A DNA stretch of 64,000 nt from Eledone cirrhosa (lineage: Eukaryota). The stretch is taken from NCBI GenBank assembly GCA_964016885.1, contig OZ024751.1, positions 47,926,001 through 47,990,000 on the forward strand, in the 5' to 3' direction. The notes beneath the pieces were generated by a model. It did no database searches. It saw only the letters and a program-made list of their open reading frames with translations, and was not told where the DNA came from. Below, piece by piece: positions 14,501-26,801 of the stretch (within the stretch, counting starts at the first letter, position 1; every line of letters begins with the position of its first letter). A program made the translations under genes and the position numbers.

Positions 14501-15561
14501 TTTTTTTTGTTCGTTCTCTTAATTTTTCTGATGAGCGTTTTTCTATTTCTAGGGATTCTGCTCTTAGATTTGTTTATAGTTCTTAATGGGGTGTGTTTAG
14601 CACATATGTTTGTAACAGTGTCCACAAATGTCTGCCAGGACTTTTTGATGTTAGTGGGTGTATGAGTGTGCGTGAAGGACCAGTCGACATGTGCAAGATC
14701 ATGACTGATCGCTTCCCAGTTTGCATTGTGGAAATCCATAGCGTCAAACGGATGGACAGGAGAGATGACATTGGGTTTGTATATTGGACGGTGGAATCTC
14801 AGATCACAGAGAACCATGTCATGATCAGAGAGTAGAGTTTTCTCCACTGCAATATTGTGGATATTGTCAGTGTGATTGCTGAAAATTAAGTCTAGGACGT
14901 TTTTGTGGCACCTCGTTGGTTCGAGCATCAGTTGGGATAGGAAGAAATCATCCATGAAGTCAAGAAGTGATTCCACAGCTTCCCTGTCAGAGGTTGAGGC
15001 AGAAGAACCTGGTGGCAGGCTGTTTGTGGACCAGTCAACTCCGGGGAGGTTGAAGTCCCCCATCATTAAGATGTTGTCAGGGTGACACTCTTGGATGAAA
15101 CACTTTATGCTGTTGAGGCATTCCTTGAAGCATGGTACAGGCGTTTGGGGTGGCCTATAGAGCCCAACTACTAATAGGTTGTTGGTTTGACTGAATACAG
15201 TGACTGCTTCACAGTATCCATTAGTGAATATGTTCATAGCCTCTGTTGAGAAAGAATTATGGACATAAATGGCAGTTCCGCCCTTTCTTCTGCCAGCGCG
15301 ATCAGCACGGATGGCTTTGAAATTTTTCACTTTCACCTCGGCTTCCAAGTGGAGGTTACTGAGATGGGTTTCAGTGAGGACGAAGAAAGGGATGTGGTTT
15401 GGATGGACATCAATCCAGTCCTCCAGGAATTTGATCTTCCATTTTTGAGTATTGGTGGAAGGGCTGATGCCTTGGGCGTTAAGCAAAAATGTAGAGGCGA
15501 GAGTGGATGGTTTTAATTGTTTTGGTGTGTTGTTAATTTGTTTGTTTGTTAATGGCAGCAA
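14501..15561 (-). CDS. LINE ORF2, apurinic-like endonuclease part (one-base frameshift to RT at the A8 run 14501-14508)
   Basis: Motifs LNAQGI, LTETHL, RADR..RRKGGTAIYV, LYRPP, MGDFNLP, PTR, LDLIF, SDH. Confidence 0.92.
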
Positions 15562-15975
15562 TGCGAGTTTGTGCAGTGGGGTGATAGTGGAGGGTGGTGC
15601 TGGGTGATAGCTCGAATGTTTTTTTCCAGTTCTTTTGCCAGATTCATTATGGCTAAAAAAGAGGAAGAAGTTTCCTGTTTAGAAGACTGTTGGTGACTGT
15701 GGTAGTGGTTATTTTTATGTAGGTTATGGTTTTTGTTTTTGCTTTTATTTTTAATTTTATTTTCATTTGTCCGACGGGTCCCCGGGAGATGGGTAAAGGG
15801 ACAATCCCGGTCTAAACACAATCTGTCTCGCAGGGAAAAACGGCAGATTTGTGGATTCCTTGTTTGAGTTAGTGGTGGTTGTGTTGGTGTTAAATTAGAG
15901 TATGTATTATGGTGGTGGCTGTTTGTGGGGATAGATCGTTTTGTCCTAGGTAAATGGGTGAATTTGCAGCCACTA
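15549..15975 (-). CDS. LINE ORF1 C-terminal remnant with CCCH-type zinc finger(s)
   Basis: CRFSLRDRLCLDRDCPFTH is C-x8-C-x4-C-x3-H, preceded by a truncated related unit CKFTHLPRTKR. Confidence 0.7.
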
Positions 15976-16056
15976 TCCGTACATATATATATACATATAG
16001 ATATATATATACATATAGATATAGATATACATATAGATATAGATATACATATAGAT

Positions 16057-16203
16057 ATAATATATAAGATCAAAAGATGGTTAAATGAGTTCCATGTATT
16101 TTATTATGCGCATTTCAAAAACAAATATCTGATATTTGTTTTTGAAATGCGCATAATAAAATACATGGAACTCATTTAACCATCTTTTGATCTTATATAT
16201 TAT
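16057..16203. repeat. Perfect palindrome, 73-bp arms, 1-nt centre
   Basis: Arms are reverse complements about position 16130. Confidence 0.95.
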
Positions 16204-16926
16204 GTATACTCCAGTCCTACAAACTGTAGAGTGCTTCTTATCTGATATCTGCATTGCTTTATTGTACTACAATAAAACTCACCTCCTACATATAGGTATA
16301 TATATATATACATATAGATACATATATACATATATACATATAGATACATATATACATATAGATACATATATACATATAGATACATATATCTACATATATA
16401 CATATATACATATACCTACATATATACATATACATATATATATCTACATATATACATATATACATATACCTACATATATACATATATACATATACACATA
16501 TACCTACATATATACATATATACATATACATATAGATATATATATATATATATATACATACATATAGATATCATCATTCATCATCATTTCATTTTATGTC
16601 CACTTTTCCCTGCTTGCAAGGGTGGGACGTGAACTGATTCTGGCTTGATTTCTACAGTTGGATGCCCTTCCTAACACCAACCTCATTTACAGTGAGTGCT
16701 GGGTGCTTTTTTGCCGTGGCACCTCCACGACCACTTTGCAGTGGAATGATATGGCCCCCAGTCCCTATCATCTCATTACTACAGCTGAGTAAACTGGAGC
16801 AATGTGAAATAAAGTGTCTTGCTCAAGGAAACAAAACATCGCCCGGTCTGAGATATATATACATATAGATACATATATACATAGATATATATATACATAT
16901 AGATACATATATACATAGATACATAT

Positions 16927-16961
<35 letters not shown>

Positions 16962-16964
16962 GAT

Positions 16965-18878
16965 ATGTTTCTTTATTAGCCACAGGGGACAAATACAACA
17001 GGGGAAGTTTACATACAATAAAAACGTAAAATACTATCACAAATGCAATTTAAAAAACAATCGATTTTCCCAATAGGGGGAGACATTACATATGGGTAAC
17101 ACATACCCCCGAAAAAATGTGCAACCCTCATCTCCAGGAGTACGAAGAGTGAGTACCCCTTTCCTCTCTTCCTCTTTTTCCTCAACCTACAGGCTGATAT
17201 AGAGAGAAGGCCTATTCACGCCACATTCACCAACCTTTTATAACATTTGCTGGGGAACAGCACCTCTCTCTCCATCCTGATTCTTCTTCCAAAATGGTAT
17301 TTGAAAAAAAGAATCAGTTGTTGGCCAGAGAGAAAGGTGCCTGACCTCAGCCCTTTTAACCTCGTCCACCATACAACCTCTTTCGCCATAGCTATCACAC
17401 AGAGGAAAACCGCCTCTCCTTCGTTTTTGAAGAGGGTGGCGGTTTGATCCTGACAATGGACTCCGTGGTCAACTGGATTGGTCCCACCCGTGACAATAGT
17501 TGTTCTACATAGCCCCACAGGTCGGTAACGCCCGGGCAGTGTACGAATGCGTGCGCGACGGATTCTTCGTCTCGCACACATCTCGGACAGATCTTTTTCG
17601 AAGGGTCCCTGCTCGGGCGCCCATGTCTGTAGAGCTTGTCTCGAACTGGTAGAGCTCCTCGGTATCACTGCCAGGCCAGGGACTTTTGGAAGTTGTCTAT
17701 CAGTCTCGGATGGAAGGTCCTACCGAACAGACTGGCCAGTTCGTATTCCTCTACGCCTAGAGTTTCTCCGAGCGCGTCGTTGCACTTGCTGCAGATCAAC
17801 CCTCTATAGAATGATGAAGTGGAGTCTCCACTGATCGCCAGGTACGCCTGCCAGAGAGCTATGAGTGCCTGAGCATATTCGATGTGCCAGTCGCCCATTT
17901 TCCTCGGTCTTTGCTTGACCCAGGACTGCAACTCGGTCAGAGAGATGAGTCGTGGGAAGGCTCGCCTCACGAAACGGGCCCACACCGGTTGTCCAGTAAG
18001 GAATACATGGAGATGCCGCAGCATGAGCGCGTGTTTGCGCATCGTCAGCCACGGCATCCCTAGCCCTCCATTGGAAGGGTGTTGGCAGCAGATGGATCTT
18101 CTCACCAAAGGAGCCCGCTTCTTCCAAAGGAATTGGAAGAGCGTGCGCTCCATTTTGGTGAGCATTTTGGCTGGGCAAGGCATGACGGCCAAGCGGTAGT
18201 AGATGACAGACACTATAAAAGTGTTCGCCACCTCCGCTCGACCTTTCAAGGATAGTTTGCACTCGGCCCACTTCTGGGTGAGTGCAAACACCTTGGCCGT
18301 CACCTCGTTCCATTTCTTCTCCACCTGGAGGTCCGGACCAAACCAGACCCCGAGCAGCTTCACCGGTCCTTCCGTCCAGCGTTTACCTCTCCACGATCCT
18401 AGTTGCAAACCGATTGACTTGTCCCGGTTCAGCTTCGCTCCTGTGAACCTTTCGTATTCCTTCAGTAAGGTGCCGACTTCCTCGATTTGCGAGGTGCTCG
18501 ACACGATTACTGTCACGTCGTCGGCGTAGGCCGACGCCACTTTCCGCAGTCCCAGTTCCAGAGGGATTCCCTGCAATAGCTCCAACTTCTGCAGTAGTAA
18601 CTCGAGAGTCAGTACGTATGGAAGGGAGGAGAGAGGGCATCCCTGTCGGATGGATCGTGTGATATGGAATGGCTCCGAGAGGTAGCCGTTCACCTTGACC
18701 CTTGAGTAGATGTTGCTGCTGTGCATTGCAGCAATCCAGCCCCTGAACACGAGTCCAAAGCCTGCCACCTCGAGCACCGCATCCAGGTAACAATCGAAAG
18801 CCTTAGACTGATCTAAGTTGATCAGGGCCTCACCGAAGCCGGGTTTACACCCAACCCTCTCTACGATGTATCGCATGA
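16965..18878 (-). mobile_element. Tx1/L1-clade LINE, 5'-truncated and frameshifted RT + zf-RVT
   Basis: LDQSKAFD, RQGCPLS, AYADD, LLGVWF, GGLGMP, then a C-terminal C..C..E...HAF..C finger in shifted frames. Confidence 0.9.
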
Positions 18879-18931
18879 AGATAGATAGATAGATAGATAG
18901 GGAGAGAGAGATAAACAATAACACTACTTAC

Positions 18932-19035
18932 TTATAATCAAGTGTCTCACAAAGTCGTTCAAGAACTGTAGCAGAGTGTTTATGGTAGTTTGTGATGGCC
19001 TCCACGAAAGCTTGTAACTGGGAGATCTGCTCCAC
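18932..19035 (-). CDS. endoA: Endophilin-A exon, BAR helix 3
   Basis: tatcacAG|GTG GAG CAG ATC TCC CAG...TAT AA|GTAAGT. 104 nt encoding VEQISQLQAFVEAITNYHKHSATVLERLCETLDY, matching endophilin-A EQVSQL..LV.AQ..YH. Not in the ORF track. Confidence 0.92.
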
Positions 19036-19112
19036 CTGTGATACAAATAGGTACTATACACTTAGAGGAACATTCATTACTATATAATGACCAGAATAAA
19101 AAATATAATAAT

Positions 19113-19333
19113 AATTGTTTCTACTTTTAGGCACAAGGCCAGCAATTTTAGGGGAGGGGGGAGTCGATTAAATCCACACCAGTTCATTACTGGTACTTTT
19201 TTTTATCAAGCCCCGTAAGGATGAAAGGCAAAGCTAACCTCGGCGGGATTTGAACTCAGAACGTAAAGGGCCATAACTCTATGCCGCAAAGCATTTTGTC
19301 CGACGCTCTACCGATTCTGCCAATCCACTGCCC
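19113..19333 (-). mobile_element. tRNA-derived SINE, family A
   Basis: Full-length copy with A/B boxes and an (ATT)n tail. Further copies at about 21060, 23075, 29059, 48230 and 50190. Confidence 0.85.
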
Positions 19334-19352
19334 TTATTATAATAATAATAAT

Positions 19353-20096
19353 GCTTTCTTTATTAACCACAAGGGTTTACATAAAGTAGACATTAAGGAC
19401 AATACAGGACGGTACAAATGGGCATTTCTGCGTGTAAAAAAAACAGAGGATGTAATAAAAAATAACAATGAAAAATTCCCCAATAAGGGGGAGACTTCCG
19501 AGGGACATTTGTGGAGAAAGCCCATTAAAAGGCCACAGTGACCCTGACACTAGGGCAAGTGCCCTCTCCCAGTTTTCCACCTTTAATTTACAGACAGATA
19601 CTCAGAGTAGGCCCATTCACACGAGCCATACTTGCTTCTCTCACACATCTTTCAACAAAATGCTGGGAAGAGAGCACTTCCCTCTCTACCCTGATTTTCC
19701 TTTTCAAATGAAATTTGAAAAAGTTAATTAGGGCATCACCGAAGAGGTAAGTGCTCGTCTTCAGCCCTTTCAAACGTGTCCACCATACTATCTCTTTCGC
19801 CATGGCCACCAGACAGATAAAAACTGCCTGCCCTCCCCGGCTAAAGGAAGAAGGCGGGGCAATCCTCACGATGGACTCAGCTGATAGCTGGATCCGTCCT
19901 ACACGTGACAGCAGGTGTTCAACATAAACACACAACTCAGCATTGCTCGGACACAGGACGAGTGCGTGCAGGACGGTTTCGTCGCCCTGCGCACATCTCG
20001 GACATGCACGGCTGACGGCACCTCCATTCCTGTAGAGTTTATCCCGAACTGGCAAAGCTCCTCGGTAGCACTGCCAGGCCAGGGATTTCTGGCCCA
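19353..20096 (-). mobile_element. 3' fragment of a related Tx1/L1-clade LINE
   Basis: QKSLAWQCYRGALPVRDKL...CPRCAQGDETVLHALVLCP, homologous to 17200-17700. Confidence 0.88.
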
Positions 20097-20457
20097 ATAA
20101 TAATAATAATGATGAAAAACAAACAATCCCTATATCAAAAGGTGCTCCGGGAATGATAAAAAAAACACTGCGACAGATACTGAGTGTAACACAGCTGCCC
20201 CCTCCCCCCATTGGATTACTGGCACAGTCATCACCACCATTTAACGCCTGCTTTCTCTGCTAGCAACGGTTGGACACACCTGTAGGCCCCTGAAAACATA
20301 CACCAACAAATGAACACATACAAACGTACACACCAACAAACGTACACACATACAAACGAACACACACATGTACACACATACAAACGAACACACACACGTA
20401 CACACATACAAACGAACACACACACGTACACACATACAAACGTACACACATACTTAC

Positions 20458-20558
20458 ATCATTATTAAGTAAATTAAACATGGCTGTCTCTGTGACTGCT
20501 TTTGTTTCTTCAAACTTTTCTTCGGCCGTCTTCAGTTCGTCATCACCAATACCAGACC
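20458..20558 (-). CDS. endoA: Endophilin-A exon, BAR tip into helix 3
   Basis: gttttAG|GG TCT GGT...AAT AAT GAT|GTAAGT. 101 nt, phase 1 in and phase 0 out, encoding GSGIGDDELKTAEEKFEETKAVTETAMFNLLNND (endophilin DEELRQALEKF..SK..AE..MFNLL). Confidence 0.93.
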
Positions 20559-22139
20559 CTAAAACATAACAAAACAATCACTTTTAGAAATACCAGAAGA
20601 CTGACATCATCTCATCTTATCAAATATATTACAATTTACATTAAATATCATCATTATTATTATTTAACATCCATTTTCCCTATTTTTATTTTTTAAAAAA
20701 ACGAAACAAAACTGATTGTACTCTAAGGGAGATAACTACAAATACTTTTTAAGAATCAAGGGGGATAATTCTAGCACAACACTTCCAATATATCTTTACT
20801 GATAATTTAAAAACAAAACAAATAAAAATACGTTTTTTTTTTTAAATAGAGACAAACGCTACAGCAGGATTAAATTTCCATTCTCAGCTATAATCAGCTA
20901 TAATCTCTACAGCACCACGTTTTCTAAACCATTAACGTTGCAGGTTCGTATATCTTCTGCTCACGTTGAAATTTTAACGCGACGCCATCTTGTGTCAATA
21001 TAGTAGAAAGAATTTTAAAAAAAATTAAAAAAAGACTTGTGTCACTTTATTTCTGTGAAATGTTTTTAATTTGGGCAAAGGACCAGCATTTGTGTGTGTG
21101 TGTGTGTGGAGGGGTGGGGGGGTGGTAATCGATTATAACGACACTAGTATTGAACTGGTTTTTATTTTATCAACCCCGGGGGACAGAATCAAAGATTACC
21201 TCGGCGGGATTCAAACCTCTATGCTGTCAATTAATCAGCTATGAAATAAACTCATCATCCTCAGATTAAAATGTAGCCTTGGAAATGGCGGCGTGAGGGA
21301 GCCATGTTGGATAATAGTTGTAAAATACACGACATTTGCATGTAGGACGACGTTGTCATGGCTGAAATGACTTCTCAGTCGAAGTTGACATAGGATTAAA
21401 CAACAACAGCCATTTAGTATAAAGATTTCCGAAATGCTTGCAATGGTGTTGAACTCACAACTCACAGACAGGGAGATCGATATTTTAGCTCAGTGTCACC
21501 ATGTTCCTCCAAGATCCATACTAAATACGAAAATAACGAAAACAACGAAATATTTTCTTTTTCTGTCAACTACTAATAATTTATTCACAGACGTTATCGG
21601 CATAACAAATAATTAAGTTAATGTTGACATATTTAATGCAGTGATAGGGGTTGCCAAAATTATTAAAATTATTTTCCAATCCTTAGTCATTTAGTTACTG
21701 CGGTCTTTCACTCACTACATTCTAAATATTTCATAGATAGAAAATAATGTAGGGGAAGTAATCGACCGAGGGAAGCAACTCTTGTCTTCACTCTATTTAA
21801 AGTGATAGACTAAAGAAAGAAATATATTTGTTCCTAACCCTTTCGTGACCATATTTCTAATGAAGGACACTGCCTACGGTTTTCAAACATTTTTAAAATA
21901 AACAAGAATTATGTAAGAAATTATGTAAGAAATGTTCTTACATAAAATTATTATGAGAGGTTTTCAATTAAATACAAACACTTTAAAATAATTTATTATA
22001 AAAATAAATAACCAGGGTCCGTTTCAGGCAGTCTGATATCAAAAGGTTTAAATATATAAATGCAATAATATCTTCACTAATATAGTGCCTGAAACTATAC
22101 TAGAACTATACTATACTGTCTTTAGGGAATCAATATCAT

Positions 22140-22515
22140 CCTCGGTCTCCCTCTTCTAGTGTGTCCGTGTAGGGGCTCCCACGGGACCACTGAGTGCAGT
22201 GTCAACTCAGAACGTCGGTGAGCATGTCCACCTAACCTCAGTCTCCTCTCTATGTTACTTTTGAGCTGACTTTTAGGAGGCTCCCGTACAGTTCTGAGTA
22301 GTTCATCCTCAGTGTATACTGATTAATTTTCAGAGCTATCCTGAGCATTCTTGTGTAGCACCCATCCACTATCTGGTTGAGTTTCTTGGTCAGTGTCCAA
22401 GTCTCAGTCCCGTACAGCAGCACAGACTCCACTGTAGCAACGAAGAGACGGACCTTCAGGTCTTTAAAAAGGTCCGACTTCCACACCGACATCAGAGAGA
22501 GAAGTAGGGCCATGG
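22140..22515 (-). mobile_element. Degraded RTE-clade LINE fragment
   Basis: KVRLFVATVESVLLYGTETWTLT...YTRMLR is an RTE-type RT C-terminal motif. Confidence 0.8.
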
Positions 22516-23329
22516 TGGCATTTCAAACCAAAGCCCAATAAACCAGAACAAATACTAAGAAAATTAATCCAATTCTCTATCAACTCTGCCAAATGGCAGC
22601 CTCCCTTAATTAGAAACTAATAGAAAGTATTAATTCTGTAACAGTTAAATATATTTGGATCTAAATTTAACACTCGCTTGATTACGTCTACAAACCAGAG
22701 CAGACATTGAAGGTGGCATGTGATACTGTTAAACTATGGGTGGGTCTGTTGTGTCTATATATGAGTGGGTGTGTGTATGTATATATACATGGTGTAGAGG
22801 GGTGGGTGATGTGTGTGGTGTATGTGTGTGTGTGTATGCACCTTCCTATATATTGAACACAACAACAGTACCAATACATGCTTGTCGCGCATAGTATCAA
22901 AATGAAATTACAACTTCGATATATGGTTTTTGATTAACAACAAAAATAAACAACAAAAATGAAAAATATATAAAACAAAACCAGAATGAAAAAAAAATAT
23001 AAACAAATGTTGGAATAACAAATCAAAATTTTTTTTTAAATCAAACAAAAAAGTTATAAAAATAATGATGAATTCAAATAGTGACAAAAGGCCAACAATT
23101 TGTGTGTGTGTGTGTGTGTGTCGAGGGGGGGGGGGATAAAATTGATTATATCAATCCCAGTACATGACTGGTACTTTACTTTATCAACCATCGGCAAGGC
23201 TGGAAAGCAATATTGACCTCAGTAGGGTTTAAACTCTCAGAACATGGAGTAACATAAATACTGCAAATTATTAAGTATGACTACTTCAATGATTCTGCCA
23301 ACACATACACACAGAGAAGTTGATTAACA

Positions 23330-24057
23330 TCGATTAATTCGATTTGTGTTGGACAAAGCACATCACTAAAATTGTCAAGAAGGCTGAGGGTGTCTTAGTA
23401 TCACTCAGCAAGACCTTTGTCGACCGCTCTCCAGCTATCTATTTGAAGCTGTATATAGCTATGGTGCGGCCACACTGAGAATCTGCATCACCAGTCTGGA
23501 ACCCCTATCTTGTTCAGAACATTGATCGCCTGGAAACTGTTCAGAGACGTGCAACCAAGCGAATACCCTCCATCAGGCATCTACCATACTTTGAACACCT
23601 TGCTTCCCTGGGCATGGATACATGGAAGATCCAACGTCTGGCAACTGACTTGGTAAACACCCACAAAATTATTAACCATCTTGCCAACAACAACCCTGAG
23701 CACCTTTTTGATTTCCATGTGTCTAACACACGTGGGCATGCCCACAAAGTCAGAAAACAGCACAGCTCCCATGACTTTCGGAGACATCTTTTCATGCTCA
23801 GAGTTGCTGAAGCATGGAACAAACTACCTGCATCAGTTATTAGCTGTCGAGACACTGCAGCCTTTAAAACCTCCATGCTTCCTGAGATTTGCCAACACTA
23901 CACCTAATATTCCCCCTCCATACACATACACACATGTATATCATGACTCATACACTATTCACTTCCCTGACATTTGTATATTATTCTATGTACTATACAT
24001 GCACCTTTGACGAGTTGTAGTGCACCTGAACACTGTACACAATAATTTCATTATTAT
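23330..24057 (+). mobile_element. CR1-clade LINE 3' fragment
   Basis: MVRPH..SPVWNPY...LETVQRRATK...TRGHAHK...RVAEAWNKLP, ending in an (ATT)n-like tail. Confidence 0.85.
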
Positions 24058-24529
24058 ATAATCCAGACACAGTGTTGTTTTATATTTTCTGAGAATGTCT
24101 AGCTAATGAGGGTTCGTGTGGCACAGGACGTTAAGAGTTAGTTTTCTTTTTGTTTTTAAAAAACATGGCACCTTACATTTCAAGAGGTCTTTACTTGGAT
24201 TTTAACTAATTATATCAAAATTAGATGATTTCATCATAACGAGAGAACAAAATGATTTAATAATAGAAACAGGTGGAGGAAGGGTGTAATAATGAATAAA
24301 ATTAATTAATGAAATAATTAATCAGTTTCTAAAAATTCCAGTCATTTATTATTCCTAAGTAGACTTGGGTTGCTAGTGTTATTACAGTGAGTTTTAGTTA
24401 ATTAATAGAAACCATTGCAAGCAGGTTTTTGGATTGTAACAAGCTTTTTGATTAATGCAAATAAATCCCATGTTAATTGCATTCCAGGGATGTATATCGT
24501 GTATGTATGTATGTATGTATGTATGTATG

Positions 24530-24565
<36 letters not shown>

Positions 24566-26298
24566 TATACAATGTAATTATATGGAATTATGGTATGCAA
24601 CATGAAGTATGTGTATACACACATGTATATATAATATGCATCTCTGGAATGCAATAACATAGAATCGGAAAAACAGATGTTAAAAAAAACAATGATGATG
24701 ATGATGATATATCATCATGATCATTTTTACAGCCATTTTTATATGCTGGAATGAGTTAGACATGTCTTTTTCAGCCTCCAACAGCCCACCACCCCATCAC
24801 ATCTCTTTCTCAAGCTTCCTTTTCTTCAGTTCCTTTACCCAATTGTCACCGGAGCAGTCTTTTCCCTTGCACACCACAACTGGTTCTTCTCAGTTAATTT
24901 CTGTCTTGTGCCCCATAGACAGCATGCTTGCCTCTGGTTAACCATAGACAGCATGCTTGCCTCTGGGTAACCAGAACCATTGTCTTTACTAGGTTTACAT
25001 TGAGGCCTCTCCAGATTTTTGGCTTTGCTTCCACACTTGCAATTTGTTCTCTAAATCTTCAGATTCAGTAAAATACGTTAAATAAGTCAGTTAACCCAGT
25101 CCAAGATGCAGAATACATTAGTTAACCCAGTCCAAGATGCCAAATAAGTTAGTTAACCTGGTCCAAGATGCCAAATAAGTTAGTTAACCTGGTCCAAGAT
25201 GCCAAATAAGTTAGTTCACCCAGTAAAGATAAATCAGTAAACCCAGGACCAAGATGCCAAACAAGTCAGTTAACATAGTAAATATACCAAATCAGTTAGT
25301 TAACCAAGTAAAAAGCTGCCAAATAAGCCAGTTAATCCAGTATAAGATATTAAACCACAGTTAGTTAACCTTGTGTCAAATGTAAAGATAGTTAGTTAAC
25401 CTACATAACACCACAATTGCCATCCCATGTAATACACAATACCCAGTACAACAGCAGCTGTTAACCCAGTACAAAATCACACAGGGGTTTAATTAACCCA
25501 GTACACAATGCTTTATATGTTAGTTAAGCTAGTAGATAGGCAAGATGTTAGGGGATATGGTGACTGAAGAGGATATAAGAAGCACCTTAATAACAAAGGA
25601 AACCGTCAGAAAAGTTAAGTTCGAAGTACTGGAGGGATGAAATAAATATGGAAGGACTGAAGTGTTAAAATTGTTGTAAGTAAAGGCATTGTTTGAGGAT
25701 GTTAGTAGTAGGAGTAGGATATGAGAGAGAAGTAGAGAGAGTATGAATAGGTTAGATAAAGAGTGGGGTAAGGGAGACAGTGAGAGAAGAAAACAAGAGA
25801 GATAAAGTGGGAGAGTTGAAGAGAGAATAAGAGAATGGGAGAGTGGAGAGAAAGAGAAGGGGAGAGGGGGAGAGAAAGAGAGTGGGAGAGAGAGAGAAAG
25901 AGAGTGGGGAGAGAGAGAGAGAAAGAGAGTGGGGAGAGAGAGAGAAAGAGAGTGGGAGAGAGAGAGAGAAAGAGAGTGGGGAGAGAGAGAGAGAAAGAGA
26001 GTGGGGAGAGAGAGAGAGAAAGAGAGTGGGGAGAGAGAGAGAGAAAGAGAGTGGGGAGAGAGAGAGTGGGGAGAGAGGGGAGGGGGAGGGGGAGAGAGGG
26101 AGATGGGGGAGGGGGTGGGGGAGAGGGGAGAGAGGGAGATAAAGAGAGAGGGAGAGAGGGAGAGAAAGAGGGAGAGAGAGAGAAAGAGGGAGAGAGAGAG
26201 AAAGAGAGAGGGGAGAGAGAGAGAGAAAGAGAGAGGGGAGAGAGAGAGAGAGGAGTGAAAGAGAGAGGGGAGAGAAAGAGAGAGAGAGAGAAAGAGAG

Positions 26299-26329
<31 letters not shown>

Positions 26330-26795
26330 GAAAGAGAGAGAGAGAAAGGGGAAAGAGAGAGAGAGGGGAAAGAGAGAGAGAGAGGGGAGAGAGAGAGAGA
26401 GGGGAAAGAGAGAGAGAGGGGAAAGAGAGAGAGGGGAAAGAGAGAAAGAGTCGGAGAGAGATAGAGAGGGGGAACATTGCCATTGTTGCCCTGTTACAAA
26501 ATTATTAGTTTGTTTCAGTTCTTGGAATAACAGAAGTGTTAGAAATTAGCCCTGATGTGTGTATGTGTATGTATGTGTGTAAGTGTATGAGTGTATGTGT
26601 GTGTGTGTATGAGTGTATGTGTGTATGTGTATGTGTGTGTATGAGTGTATGTGTGTGTGTGTGTGTATGAGTGTATGTGTGTATGAGTGAGGGAAGGTAT
26701 GATATAAAACAGAAGGAAGAAGTATTAGAAAACCCTATTAGTAGCGCTTCCTCAGTCCATATTGTCAATATGTATAAAGATGGAGGTATGCTTAC

Positions 26796-26801
26796 CAGGT
26801 G
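26796..26801 (-). CDS. endoA: Candidate 6-nt microexon, copy 1
   Basis: Same AG|CACCTG|GTAAGC context within the other unit of the tandem duplication. Confidence 0.45.

Larger units (their letters stand above)
12452..15980 (-). mobile_element. Near-intact, 5'-truncated CR1/L2-group (Jockey superfamily) LINE in an endophilin intron
   Basis: ORF1 remnant, APE endonuclease and RT in order. Short 3' UTR ends in repeated TTCAAAGTTA. Both ends abut ATATAG/TA microsatellite. Confidence 0.92.

Noticed and set aside
25558-25612. CTGAAGA...GAAACcGTC hammerhead-like core (duplicated near 27380)
   Set aside because: Stems I and II do not pair convincingly.
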